From an uncultured Pseudomonadota bacterium (lineage in GTDB: Bacteria; Pseudomonadota; Alphaproteobacteria; JACZXZ01): 64,000 bases of DNA. The DNA is taken from the NCBI GenBank assembly GCA_963749075.1, contig CAVVLJ010000023.1:1-64000 (forward strand), written 5' to 3'. Below are positions 43,803 to 55,330 of this stretch, piece by piece. Position numbers and translations under genes: made by a program. Position 1 is the stretch's first letter. Every line of letters begins with the position of its first letter. Below the pieces are notes generated by a model, which saw only the letters and a list, made by a program, of their open reading frames with translations, made no database searches and was not told the DNA's origin.

Positions 43803-43926
43803 CGAAATGAAACATAAAGCCCCGCGTTACGCCACTGGAAAGCATGCCGGGGCATTCCCATGGCGGCTCACGGACGCCGCCGCCGCCGCTTGCGCTCCGC
43901 CTGCGAATTGCCCCACATAGGACGCC

Positions 43927-44604
43927 ATGACGGCCGCCACCTCCCTGCGCCTTGCGGTGTTCGACTGCGACGGCACCCTCGTCGACAGCCAGCACACGAT
44001 CTTCGCCTCGGTCGCCGCCGCTTTCGAGTCGCTCGGGCTCGCCCCGCCGAGACCTGAGGAGTCGCGTCGCGTCATCGGCCTGCCGCTCGCGGCGGCGCTC
44101 GCCGCCCTCATCCCGGAAGGCGCCGGCATCGACGCGGCCCAGGCGGCCGAGCGCTACCGCGAGGCCTTCATGGCATTGCGCAGCCGCGGCGAGGTCGCGG
44201 AGCCGCTCTTCCCCGGCGTCAGCGATGCCCTCGATGTGCTCGCTGCCGCCGGCTACCTCCTCGGCATCGCCACCGGCAAGAGCCGCCGCGGCCTCGAGCG
44301 CACTCTCGGCGGCCACGACCTCCTCGGCCGCTTCGCGACCTTGCAGACGGGCGACAGCGGTCCCGGCAAGCCGAGCCCGGAGATGCTGCTGCGGGCGCTC
44401 GGCGAGACGGGGGTCGAGGCCGCGGCTTGCGTGATGATCGGCGACACCACCTTCGACGTGCTCATGGCGCGCGCCGCGCGGGCGCGCTCGGTCGGCGTCG
44501 GCTGGGGCTATCACGCCATCGAGGAGCTCGCCGCCGCGGGTGCCGACCGCATCGTCCATGCAGCACCCGAGCTGCCCGCGGCGGTGCGCGGGCTGGTGCC
44601 GTGA
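43927..44604 (+). CDS. HAD-IA family hydrolase (phosphoglycolate phosphatase-like)
   Basis: FDCDGTLVDS, ATGKS, KPSPEM, MIGDTTFD. Confidence 0.93.
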   Translation: MTAATSLRLAVFDCDGTLVDSQHTIFASVAAAFESLGLAPPRPEESRRVIGLPLAAALAALIPEGAGIDAAQAAERYREAFMALRSRGEVAEPLFPGVSDALDVLAAAGYLLGIATGKSRRGLERTLGGHDLLGRFATLQTGDSGPGKPSPEMLLRALGETGVEAAACVMIGDTTFDVLMARAARARSVGVGWGYHAIEELAAAGADRIVHAAPELPAAVRGLVP

Positions 44605-45311
44605 GCGGTGCCGCGCGGCGGCGTACCTATCGGGCGGCCGCGGTCGTCGAACTTGCCACCGGTTTCGGCGTGGCGCTCGACGGCAAGCCGCTCCATACGC
44701 CGCGTGGCACTCCCATGGTGCTGCCGGCCAAGGCACTCGCGGAGGCGGTGGCCGAGGAGTGGCAGGCGCAGGCCGCCGAGATCGACCCGCTCGCCATGCC
44801 GCTCACCCGCCTCGCCGGCGCGGCCATCGACCTCGTGGCACCCCGGCGCACCGAGATCGCGGCGCGCACCGCCGCCTACGGCGAGAGCGATCTCCTCTGC
44901 TACCGCGCCGAAGGGCCGGAGGAGCTGGTGCGGCGCCAGACTGCTGCTTGGCAGCCGATCCTCGATTGGGCGGAGCGGCGCTTTGCCGCCCCCTTGCGCG
45001 TGACGGCGGGCGTCGCCCCGGTCAAGCAGCCGGAGCTGGCGGTCGCCGCCCTGCGCGCCGCGGTCGAGGCCCTCGACGACATGCGTCTCGCCGCCCTTGC
45101 CGCCGCCACCGCCGCCTCAGGCTCCCTTCTCCTCGCCCTCGCCCTGGCCGAAGGCGAGATCGACGCCGAGGCCGCCTGGGCCCTCTCCCAGCTCGACGAG
45201 AGCTACCAGGCCGAGCTCTGGGGCGAGGACGCCGAGGTCACGCAGAAGCGCGCGGCGCTCAAGGCCGATATCGCCGCGGCCGCGCGCTTTCTGGCTCTCC
45301 TCGAACGTCTC
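44601..45311 (+). CDS. ATP12 (F1-ATPase assembly chaperone) family; no stop at the expected end, end coordinate approximate
   Basis: [42 protein letters not shown]; the frame stays open to 46424. Confidence 0.85.
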
Positions 45312-45414
45312 GAGAGGCTCCTGGCCTTCGTCCGCGTGCCATGCTATCTGCAAAGCCTGCTGCACCAAGGGTGCGCGCGCCTCTCAGCGTGCGCCGGAGC
45401 GGGCGAGGGGTGCC

Positions 45415-46947
<1,533 letters not shown>

Positions 46948-46979
46948 GGGGACATTACCTATCGATAGCCACGATAGGA

Positions 46980-47028
46980 GCCCTCATCCTGAGGAGGCCG
47001 TGAAGCGGCCGTCTCGAAGGATGAGGGC
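46980..47028 (+). repeat. Left palindromic repeat flanking the GIY-YIG gene
   Basis: GCCCTCATCCTGAGGAGGCCGTGAAGCGGCCGTCTCGAAGGATGAGGGC. Confidence 0.9.
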
Positions 47029-47060
47029 GGGAACGCGGAGGCCATTACGGGTGTTGGCGA

Positions 47061-47359
47061 ATGGCTGCCTATCTCTATATTCTCCGCTGCAGCGACGGTT
47101 CCTACTACGTGGCAGTACCCGAACCAGCCTCGAGATACGGGTCGCCGAGCATAATGCCGGCCGCTTCGGCGGCTATACCAAGCGGCGGAGGCCCGTCGCG
47201 CTGATGTTCCATCAGGAATTCGGCCGCATCGAGGACGCGATCGCGGCCGAGCGTCAGGTCAAGGGCTGGCGACGGGAGAAGAAAGAGGCTTTGATGCGAG
47301 GGCAGTTCGCGGCGTTGCCTGCCCTTGCCAAGCGTGGTGCGTCCAAAGGGCGGTCGTGA
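47061..47359 (+). CDS. Small GIY-YIG nuclease (YhbQ/UPF0213-like) with a 1-nt deletion at ~47110 (pseudogene or sequence error)
   Basis: Manual translation from ATG 47061: MAAYLYILRCSDGSYYV, continuing in the 47000..47359 frame as GSTRTSLEIRVAEHNAG..YTKRRRPV..AIAAERQVKGWRREKKEAL. Confidence 0.85.
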
Positions 47360-47373
47360 GAAATCCCGACCAC

Positions 47374-47424
47374 GCCCTCGTCCTTCGAGACGCGATCCGT
47401 TGGATCGCTCCTCAGGACGAGGGC
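47374..47424 (-). repeat. Right palindromic repeat (inverted copy) flanking the GIY-YIG gene
   Basis: Reverse complement is GCCCTCGTCCTGAGGAGCGATCCAACGGATCGCGTCTCGAAGGACGAGGGC. Confidence 0.9.
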
Positions 47425-47474
47425 TTGGGCCTCACGGCACAGGAGTCGTCGCCCTCTAATGAGGGAGTCGGCAA

Positions 47475-47837
47475 ATGACGAGCGCAGACCCGGCCAAGAT
47501 CACCGCGTACCACGCCCACGTCTACTACAAGGACGCGGCCGAACGCGCGTTCGCGGCCGAACTCCGCGAGGAGGTGGCACGCCGCTTCCAGGCAACGCTC
47601 GGGCGCTGGCACGATGTGCCGGTCGGGCCGCACCCGATTGCCATGTACCAGATCGCCTTTGCCACCGTGGAGTTCGCCCGCCTCGTCCCCTGGCTCGCGC
47701 TCAACCACGGCGGCCTCTCGGTGCTCATCCACCCGGAGACCGGCGACGACCCGACCGACCATTCCGAGCACGCCCTCTGGCTCGGCGAGAAGCTCCCCCT
47801 CGACATCGAGTACCTGCGCCGCCTCGGCCGCAGATGA
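47475..47837 (+). CDS. DOPA 4,5-dioxygenase family protein
   Basis: YHAHVYY, VGPHP, LSVLIHPETG, HALWLG. Confidence 0.9.
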   Translation: MTSADPAKITAYHAHVYYKDAAERAFAAELREEVARRFQATLGRWHDVPVGPHPIAMYQIAFATVEFARLVPWLALNHGGLSVLIHPETGDDPTDHSEHALWLGEKLPLDIEYLRRLGRR

Positions 47838-47872
47838 GCCGGGATGGCAAAGCGGTTGAGCCCTCTCGGAGC

Positions 47873-47892
47873 CCTATGGTATCAACTATAGG
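47873..47892. promoter_or_regulatory. Palindromic operator upstream of the PLP-enzyme operon
   Basis: CCTATGGT-ATCA-ACTATAGG (one mismatch), AT-rich, overlapping a likely -10 region. Confidence 0.45.
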
Positions 47893-47936
47893 ACGATGAC
47901 AAGATAGACCGATCGCCGGGGACCTCCGCCAACACC

Positions 47937-49436
<1,500 letters not shown>

Positions 49437-49448
49437 AGGAGGAGGCGC

Positions 49449-50402
49449 TTGGTCGAACCCTATCTGGAGCTGCGCAGGAGGACCGCCGCGCGCGACCGCA
49501 GCCTGCGCGAGAAGGTGATGTCGCTCGAGGCGGCGGCAGCCTTGGTGCCGGACGGCGCCCTCGTCGGCATCGGCGGCAGCACGCTCTCGCGTACGCCGAT
49601 GGCGATGGTGTGGGCGCTCATCCGCGCCGGGCGCCACGGGCTCAAATGCGCGCGCGGCATCAGCTCGAGCGAGGGCGAGCTCCTCTTGGCATCGGGTGCC
49701 GCCAACCACATCGTCACCAGCTGGTTCAGCCAAGGCATCGTCTGGGGCGTCTCCAGGATCATGCGCCTCTATACGGAGTCCAAGCGCGCGCGCTTCGAGG
49801 AGTGGAGCCACATGGCGATGGGCCTGCGCTTCCGCGCGGGTGCCATGGGCGTCCCCTTCCTCCCCATGCGCTCGATGATGGGATCGGACGTGATTGGCCG
49901 CCTGCCCGATGCGCACCTCATGGACTGCCCCTTCACGGGCGAGAAGCTCGTGCTGGTGCCGGCGCTCAACCCGGACGTGGCGCTCATCCACGTGCAGCGC
50001 TGCGACGCCTACGGCAACGCCCAGATGGACGGCCTGCAGTTCCTCGACATCGACCTCGCGATGGCCGCCGAGCGCGTCATCCTCACGACCGAGCGCATCG
50101 TCTCGAACGAGCAGATCCGCCGCGCCCCCGACGAGACCAAGATCCCCTTCTTCACCGCCGACGCGGTCGTCGAGGTGCCCTTCGGCTCGGCACCCCACGA
50201 GTGCTACGGCGTCTACGAGCCCTTCTTCAAGCACCTCGACATGTACGCCGGCCTCTTGCGCAAGGACCCGGAGAAGGGCATCGCCGACTATCTCGCGCGC
50301 TATTTCTACGGACCTGAGAGCTGGGCCGACTATCTAGCCCTTCTCGGCGTCGAGGAGATGCTCGACGCGGCGCGCCGCGGGAGGAGCATCTATGACGATT
50401 GA
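49449..50402 (+). CDS. Family I CoA-transferase alpha subunit (GctA/CatI-like)
   Basis: KVMSLEAAAALVPDG, RFRAGAMGVPFLP, ALNPDVALIHVQRCDAYGN. Confidence 0.9.
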   Translation: MVEPYLELRRRTAARDRSLREKVMSLEAAAALVPDGALVGIGGSTLSRTPMAMVWALIRAGRHGLKCARGISSSEGELLLASGAANHIVTSWFSQGIVWGVSRIMRLYTESKRARFEEWSHMAMGLRFRAGAMGVPFLPMRSMMGSDVIGRLPDAHLMDCPFTGEKLVLVPALNPDVALIHVQRCDAYGNAQMDGLQFLDIDLAMAAERVILTTERIVSNEQIRRAPDETKIPFFTADAVVEVPFGSAPHECYGVYEPFFKHLDMYAGLLRKDPEKGIADYLARYFYGPESWADYLALLGVEEMLDAARRGRSIYDD

Positions 50403-51183
50403 GGCGATGGGCAAGGCGCGGCCACGGCCCTATACGGCGAGCGAGCTCCTGGCCGTGATGGCGAGCCGCCTGCTCGAGGACGGGCAGGTGGTGTTCGCGG
50501 GCGTCGGCATCCCACTCCTGGCAGCAACCCTCGCCCAGCGCCTCCACGGCCCCGGGCTCACCATCCTCTTCGAGGGCGGCACCATCGGCGCCTTCGTCGA
50601 GCCCGGGCAATTGCCGCCCTCGACCAACGAGCAGCGCTGCACGCGGCGCGCCAACATGGTGCTCGCCAGCACCGACGTGCTCCTCCTCCTCCAGCGCGGC
50701 TACGTCGACGTGGGCTTCATGGGCGGCGCCCAGATCGACCGCCACGGCAACCTCAACAGCTCCTTCATCGGCGACCCCGACAACCCGACGACGCGCCTTC
50801 CCGGCACCGGCGGCGGCAACGACATCGCGAGCTTGACGCAAATGATCGTCGCCATGAAGCACGAGAAGCGCCGCTTCGTCGACAAGGTCGATTTCATCAC
50901 CAGCCCCGGCTTCATCGCGGGCGGCACCTCGCGACGCGACGCCGGGCTCATCACGGGCGGGCTCTACCGCGTCGTCACCGACCTCGCGGTCATGGGCTTC
51001 GCCGAGGAGAGCCGCGAGATGCAGATCCTGGCGCTCCATCCGGGCGTCAGCGTCGAGGAGGTGCGGGACAACACTGGCTTCCCTCTCCTCGTGGCCGACG
51101 ACCTCGCCACCACCGAGCCGCCGAGCGAGCGCGAGCTCGCGACCCTCCGCCACCTCGACCCGGACAAGCTCTATATCGCGTAG
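50392..51183 (+). CDS. Family I CoA-transferase beta subunit (GctB/CatJ-like)
   Basis: VFAGVGIP, ILFEGG, GGAQIDRHGNLN, LPGTGGGND. Confidence 0.9.
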   Translation: MTIEAMGKARPRPYTASELLAVMASRLLEDGQVVFAGVGIPLLAATLAQRLHGPGLTILFEGGTIGAFVEPGQLPPSTNEQRCTRRANMVLASTDVLLLLQRGYVDVGFMGGAQIDRHGNLNSSFIGDPDNPTTRLPGTGGGNDIASLTQMIVAMKHEKRRFVDKVDFITSPGFIAGGTSRRDAGLITGGLYRVVTDLAVMGFAEESREMQILALHPGVSVEEVRDNTGFPLLVADDLATTEPPSERELATLRHLDPDKLYIA

Positions 51184-51204
51184 CAGGCTCTCCTCCCTCT
51201 CCCT

Positions 51205-51272
51205 CCCCTTCTCCCTCTCCCGCAAGCGGGAGAGGGAAGGGGCCCATCGCAGAGCGATGGGAAGGGTGAGGG
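51205..51272. repeat. RIME/CIR-like palindromic element (half unit)
   Basis: CCCTCTCCCGC-AA-GCGGGAGAGGG followed by CCCATCGC-AGA-GCGATGGG and AAGGGTGAGGG. Confidence 0.8.
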
Positions 51273-51305
51273 ATCGCACATACCTCTCCTACTATAGGAA
51301 CCGCC

Positions 51306-52259
51306 ATGCCAGGCCTGTCGAACACCTTCGGAATCGCCATGCGCAACTTCACGGCCTTTCCCGAGCTGCCGGATGCCCCGGCGCTCGTCGACTACGGCGT
51401 GCGCATGGAGGAGCTCGGCTTCGATTCCCTCTGGGTGTGGGACCACGTGCTCCTCGGCGTCGCGCCGCATTTCCCCATCATCGAGGCGTTGACGCTCCTG
51501 ACCGCGGTCGCGGCGCGCGCGCACCGCATCAAGCTCGGCACCGGCGTGCTCGTGCTGCCGGTGCGCAACCCCGTGCTGCTCGCGAAGCAGCTCTCGAGCC
51601 TCGACCTCATCTCCCAAGGCCGCCTCATCCTCGGCCTCGCCACGGGCTGGTACAGGCGCGAGTTCGACAGCTTGGGCGTGCCCTTCGAGAAGCGCGGCAA
51701 GATCATGGACCAGAGCCTCGAGATCATGACGCGGCTGTGGACCGAGGACCTGGTCGCCGGCAGCTACCCGCCCTACGAGATGAAGGCGGCGGTGATGTTC
51801 CCCAAGCCCTTCCAGCGCCCGCGCCCGCCCATCCTCATCGGCGGCTACGTGGACCGCGTGCTCAAGCGCGCCGCGACCGCGGGCGACGGCTGGCTCACCT
51901 ATTTCTACACGCCCGAGAGCTTCGCGCGCTCCTGGCGCAAGGTGTGCGACTTCGCCCAAGAGGCGGGGAAGGACCCAGGAGCGCTCCTCAACGCCAACCA
52001 GCTCCCCATCATGGTGGGGAAGTCGCGCGCCGGGGTCGAGGCGCCGATGATGGAGTGGCTCACCAAGGAGTGGGACTACGCGGCGTGGAGCGAATCGACC
52101 AAGGACTCGGCGGTCATGGGCACCGTCGACGAGTGCGTGGCCCAGCTCAAGGCCCAGCTCGCGGCGGGCGTGCAGAAGCTCATCTTCGTGCCCTACCAGT
52201 ACCGCTCAGACCAGATCGAGATCATCGCCAAGGAGATCATTCCGCGGCTGAGGAGCTAG
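51306..52259 (+). CDS. Luciferase-like (LLM) oxidoreductase, possibly F420-dependent
   Basis: GFDSLWVWDH, IKLGTGVLVLPVRNP, GRLILGLATGW, PPILIGG. Confidence 0.9.
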   Translation: MPGLSNTFGIAMRNFTAFPELPDAPALVDYGVRMEELGFDSLWVWDHVLLGVAPHFPIIEALTLLTAVAARAHRIKLGTGVLVLPVRNPVLLAKQLSSLDLISQGRLILGLATGWYRREFDSLGVPFEKRGKIMDQSLEIMTRLWTEDLVAGSYPPYEMKAAVMFPKPFQRPRPPILIGGYVDRVLKRAATAGDGWLTYFYTPESFARSWRKVCDFAQEAGKDPGALLNANQLPIMVGKSRAGVEAPMMEWLTKEWDYAAWSESTKDSAVMGTVDECVAQLKAQLAAGVQKLIFVPYQYRSDQIEIIAKEIIPRLRS

Positions 52260-54681
52260 CGCGCTCGTAGTGCCGCGCGGGCGTATTGACGAGCTCTGCG
52301 AGCGGGACGGCGGCGAAGGAGGTGGCGCGGCGCTCCACGGCGGCGCTGCCATAGAGCGTCGTGCGCTGCACCGGCTCGCGGCCGGCGGCGACGATCATCG
52401 CCTCCATGGCGGCGGGCGACATCTCCTGGCCGTGCACGGCGCCCGCCGCGCGGGTGATCGTCTCGTTCATGAGCGTGCCGCCGAGGTCATTCACGCCGGC
52501 CTTGAGGCAGGCCGAGACGCCGCGCGGGCCGAGCTTCACCCAGGAGGCCTGGATGTTCGTCACGTGGGGATGGAGGGCGAGGCGGGCGACCGCGTGCATG
52601 AGCACGGCCTCGCGGAAGGTGGGGCCGCGCCGCGCGCGTCCCTTGAGGTAGATCGGCGCCTCCATGTGCACGAAGGGGAGCGGGACGAACTCGGTGAAGC
52701 CGTGGGTGCGCATCTGGAGCTCGCGCACGCGGAGGAGGTGGCGCGCCCAATGGAGCGCCCGCTCCACGTGGCCGAACATGATGGTGGCGGTGCTCCTGAG
52801 CCCGAGCGCGTGCGCCGCCTCCATGACCGCAAGCCACTCGGAGGTCGTGACCTTGTCGGGGCAGATGACGGCGCGCACCTCGTCGTCGAGGATCTCGGCG
52901 GCGGTGCCGGGGAGCGTGCCGAGTCCGGCCTCGCTGAGCGCTGCCAAGAAGTCGGGCACGGCCATCTTGAGGGTGGCCGCCCCCTGGCTCACCTCGAGCG
53001 GCGTGAAGGCGTGCACGTGCATGCCCGGTGCCGCCGCCTTGACGGCGCGGCAGATGTCGAGATAGGTGGCACCGGTATATTCCGGATGGATGCCGCCCTG
53101 CATGCACACTTCGCTGGCGCCGCGCTGCCACGCCTCGCGCGTGCGCCGCGCGATCTCCTCGAGATCGAGGGCATAGGGCCGGCCGCGCAGGTTCTCGCTC
53201 AGCTTCCCCTTGGAGAAGGCGCAGAACTGGCAGCGGAAATAGCAGACGTTGGTGTAGTTGATATTGCGGTTGACGACGTAGCTCACGCGCTTCCCGTTGA
53301 CCGCCGCGCGCAGCTCGTCGGCGGCGGCGGTGACGGCGGTGAACTCGGGTCCCCGCGCCGCGAAGAGGCGCACCACCTCCGCCTCGGCGAGCGTCTCGCC
53401 GCGCGTGGCGCGCGCGAGGATGGCGGCGAGGCCGCGCTCGATCTTGGCCGGGCGGGGTGCGGCGATGAGCGCCAGCTCCCGTTCGGGCACCGGCACGTCG
53501 GCACCCGGCCACCAGCCGTCCGGCCGCGCCAGCCCGTCCGCATCGCTGAGCTGGCGCACCGCGGGCGCCAGGCCCGCGTCGATCCAGCGCGCAGGTTCTT
53601 GCGCGTAAGCCGGATAGACGGCCAGGCGCTCGACGAGCTCCTTGCCGCCGGCGTTGGTCTCGCGTTCGAGTGCCGCGAGATGCGGCCAGGGCGCCTCGGG
53701 ATTGACGTGGTCGGGGGTCACCGGCGAGACGCCGCCCCAGTCGTTGATGCCGGCACGGATGAGGGAGGCAAGCGCTGCCGGGCTGAGGTTGGGCGGCGCC
53801 TGGATGTTCATCTCGCCGCCGAGCACGAGGCGTGCCACGGCGATGGTCCAGAGATGCTCCTCGAGCGTGGCGTCGGGAGCGCTGGCCATGCGCGTCGCCG
53901 GCTTGGCGCGGAAGTTCTGGACGATGATCTCCTGGAGGTGGCCGTAGCGGTCGTGGAGCTCGCGGAGCGCGAGGAGCGCATCGATGCGCTCGCGCCGCGT
54001 CTCGCCGATGCCGATGAGGATGCCCGAGGTAAAAGGCACCGCCGCCAGGCCTGCGAGCCGGATGGTCTCGAGGCGCACGGCGGGACGCTTGTCGGGCGAG
54101 CCGAAATGCGGCCCGCCGCGCGCGCATAGCCGCTCGGCGCTCGCTTCCAGCATGATGCCCTGCGAGACCGAGACCCGGCGCAGGGCTGCCAAGTCGCCGG
54201 CCGTGAGCACGCCGGGATTGGCGTGGGGCAAGAGGCCCGTCTCCTCGAAGACGAGACGCGCCGCCTCGACGAGATAGGAGATCGTGGTGGCGTGGCCGAG
54301 GGCCTCGAGCTCGCGCCGTGCCACGGCATAGCGCAGCTCGGGCTTGTCGCCGAGCGTGAAGAGCGCCTCCTTGCAACCGGCGGCGGCGCCCGCGCGGGCG
54401 ATGGCGAGCACCTCCTCGCGGCCGAGATAGGCGCTCTCCCCGCGGCGCGGCGGGCCTGCGAAGGTGCAATAGTGGCAGACGTCGCGGCAGAGCCGGGTGA
54501 GCGGGATGAAGACTTTGCGCGAATAGGAGATGCGGTTGCCGTGTACGCGGTCCCTCAGCGCGGCCGCTGCCTCCATGAGAGGCTCGAGCTCGCCGCAGGC
54601 GGCGAGCTCAAACGCCTCCTCCGGAGTGGGCGCGCGTCCATGGGCCAACTCGCGCAACAGGCTTCTCAGAGCGTGATCCAT
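52237..54681 (-). CDS. fbiC: Bifunctional FO synthase (CofG-CofH fusion)
   Basis: Two radical SAM motifs CRDVCHYC and CYFRCQFC; GINDWGGVSP, PGTAAEILDDEVR, NDLGGTLMNE. Confidence 0.95.
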   Translation of the reverse strand: MDHALRSLLRELAHGRAPTPEEAFELAACGELEPLMEAAAALRDRVHGNRISYSRKVFIPLTRLCRDVCHYCTFAGPPRRGESAYLGREEVLAIARAGAAAGCKEALFTLGDKPELRYAVARRELEALGHATTISYLVEAARLVFEETGLLPHANPGVLTAGDLAALRRVSVSQGIMLEASAERLCARGGPHFGSPDKRPAVRLETIRLAGLAAVPFTSGILIGIGETRRERIDALLALRELHDRYGHLQEIIVQNFRAKPATRMASAPDATLEEHLWTIAVARLVLGGEMNIQAPPNLSPAALASLIRAGINDWGGVSPVTPDHVNPEAPWPHLAALERETNAGGKELVERLAVYPAYAQEPARWIDAGLAPAVRQLSDADGLARPDGWWPGADVPVPERELALIAAPRPAKIERGLAAILARATRGETLAEAEVVRLFAARGPEFTAVTAAADELRAAVNGKRVSYVVNRNINYTNVCYFRCQFCAFSKGKLSENLRGRPYALDLEEIARRTREAWQRGASEVCMQGGIHPEYTGATYLDICRAVKAAAPGMHVHAFTPLEVSQGAATLKMAVPDFLAALSEAGLGTLPGTAAEILDDEVRAVICPDKVTTSEWLAVMEAAHALGLRSTATIMFGHVERALHWARHLLRVRELQMRTHGFTEFVPLPFVHMEAPIYLKGRARRGPTFREAVLMHAVARLALHPHVTNIQASWVKLGPRGVSACLKAGVNDLGGTLMNETITRAAGAVHGQEMSPAAMEAMIVAAGREPVQRTTLYGSAAVERRATSFAAVPLAELVNTPARHYERASSSAAE

Positions 54682-54739
54682 TCTCGGCGATCTTTCGGCT
54701 GAGGCGGCGCCTAGGGGCGACTCTCGCGAGTTTGAGCGT

Positions 54740-54839
54740 CACCCCCACCCCTACCCTCCCCCTTCAAGGGGGAGGGGGAAGTCATGAAAACGCCCGCATC
54801 TCCCCTCCCCCCTTGAGGGGGAGGGTAGGGAGGGGGGTG
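54740..54839. repeat. Second copy of the composite palindromic REP/RIME-like element
   Basis: CACCCCCACCCCTACCCTCCCCCTTCAAGGGGGAGGGGGAAGT...CCCTCCCCCCTTGAGGGGGAGGGTAGGGAGGGGGGTG. Confidence 0.9.
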
Positions 54840-54850
54840 CATCTTGCGCA

Positions 54851-54902
54851 CATGAGTAGGCATACTAATGCATTCTTATAGCCCCCTCGCGCCCGCGGGC
54901 AA
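54851..54902 (-). promoter_or_regulatory. Putative fbiC promoter with a downstream palindromic operator
   Basis: Minus strand TTGCCC-N16-TATAAG; dyad CATGAGTAGGCATACTAATG at 54851-54870. Confidence 0.45.
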
Positions 54903-54953
54903 GGCCCGGGGGGGCCTCGCCATGCCAGGTTTGCGGGGCTGCCATGCGCCGCG

Positions 54954-55286
54954 CTAGCGCAGCGGCGAATAGCTAGCCGGAGAGAGGAAGACGTTCGAGC
55001 TTTTGGCCACCAGCGGTCCGCCGGACTTCTGGGCGAAGGCGGCGCGCTTCTCCTTCCACTCGGGATCGGCGTAGAAGGCCTCCCATTTCTCGTTGCGCTC
55101 GTTCATGCTGTCGAAGGCCAGGATGTAGACGAGCGTCGCCTCGTCGTCGCCCACCACCGGCTGCCAGGCCCCCACGAGATGCATGCCGTGCTTCTTGAAG
55201 ACCGGCACGGCGATGTCCTTCATCAGCTCGTGGAGCGCCGGGAGCTTGCCCGGCAGGCATTCGTAGCGGCGCAGCTCGTAGATCAT
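54954..55286 (-). CDS. NIPSNAP family protein
   Basis: MIYELRRYECLPGK, LVYILAFDS..R..KWEAFYADPEW, FLSPASYSPLR. Confidence 0.9.
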   Translation of the reverse strand: MIYELRRYECLPGKLPALHELMKDIAVPVFKKHGMHLVGAWQPVVGDDEATLVYILAFDSMNERNEKWEAFYADPEWKEKRAAFAQKSGGPLVAKSSNVFLSPASYSPLR

Positions 55287-55330
55287 CGCACGTTCTCCCT
55301 CTCCATGTGAGTGTCGCCACTCCGCGCGCC

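Noticed and set aside
47000-47359. 119-aa ORF as listed in the ORF track
   Set aside because: Its N-terminus is translated repeat sequence; the real GIY-YIG N-terminus starts at 47061 in another frame.
52237-52259. Convergent 3' overlap of the LLM gene and fbiC
   Set aside because: Short convergent overlaps are common; no further signal.
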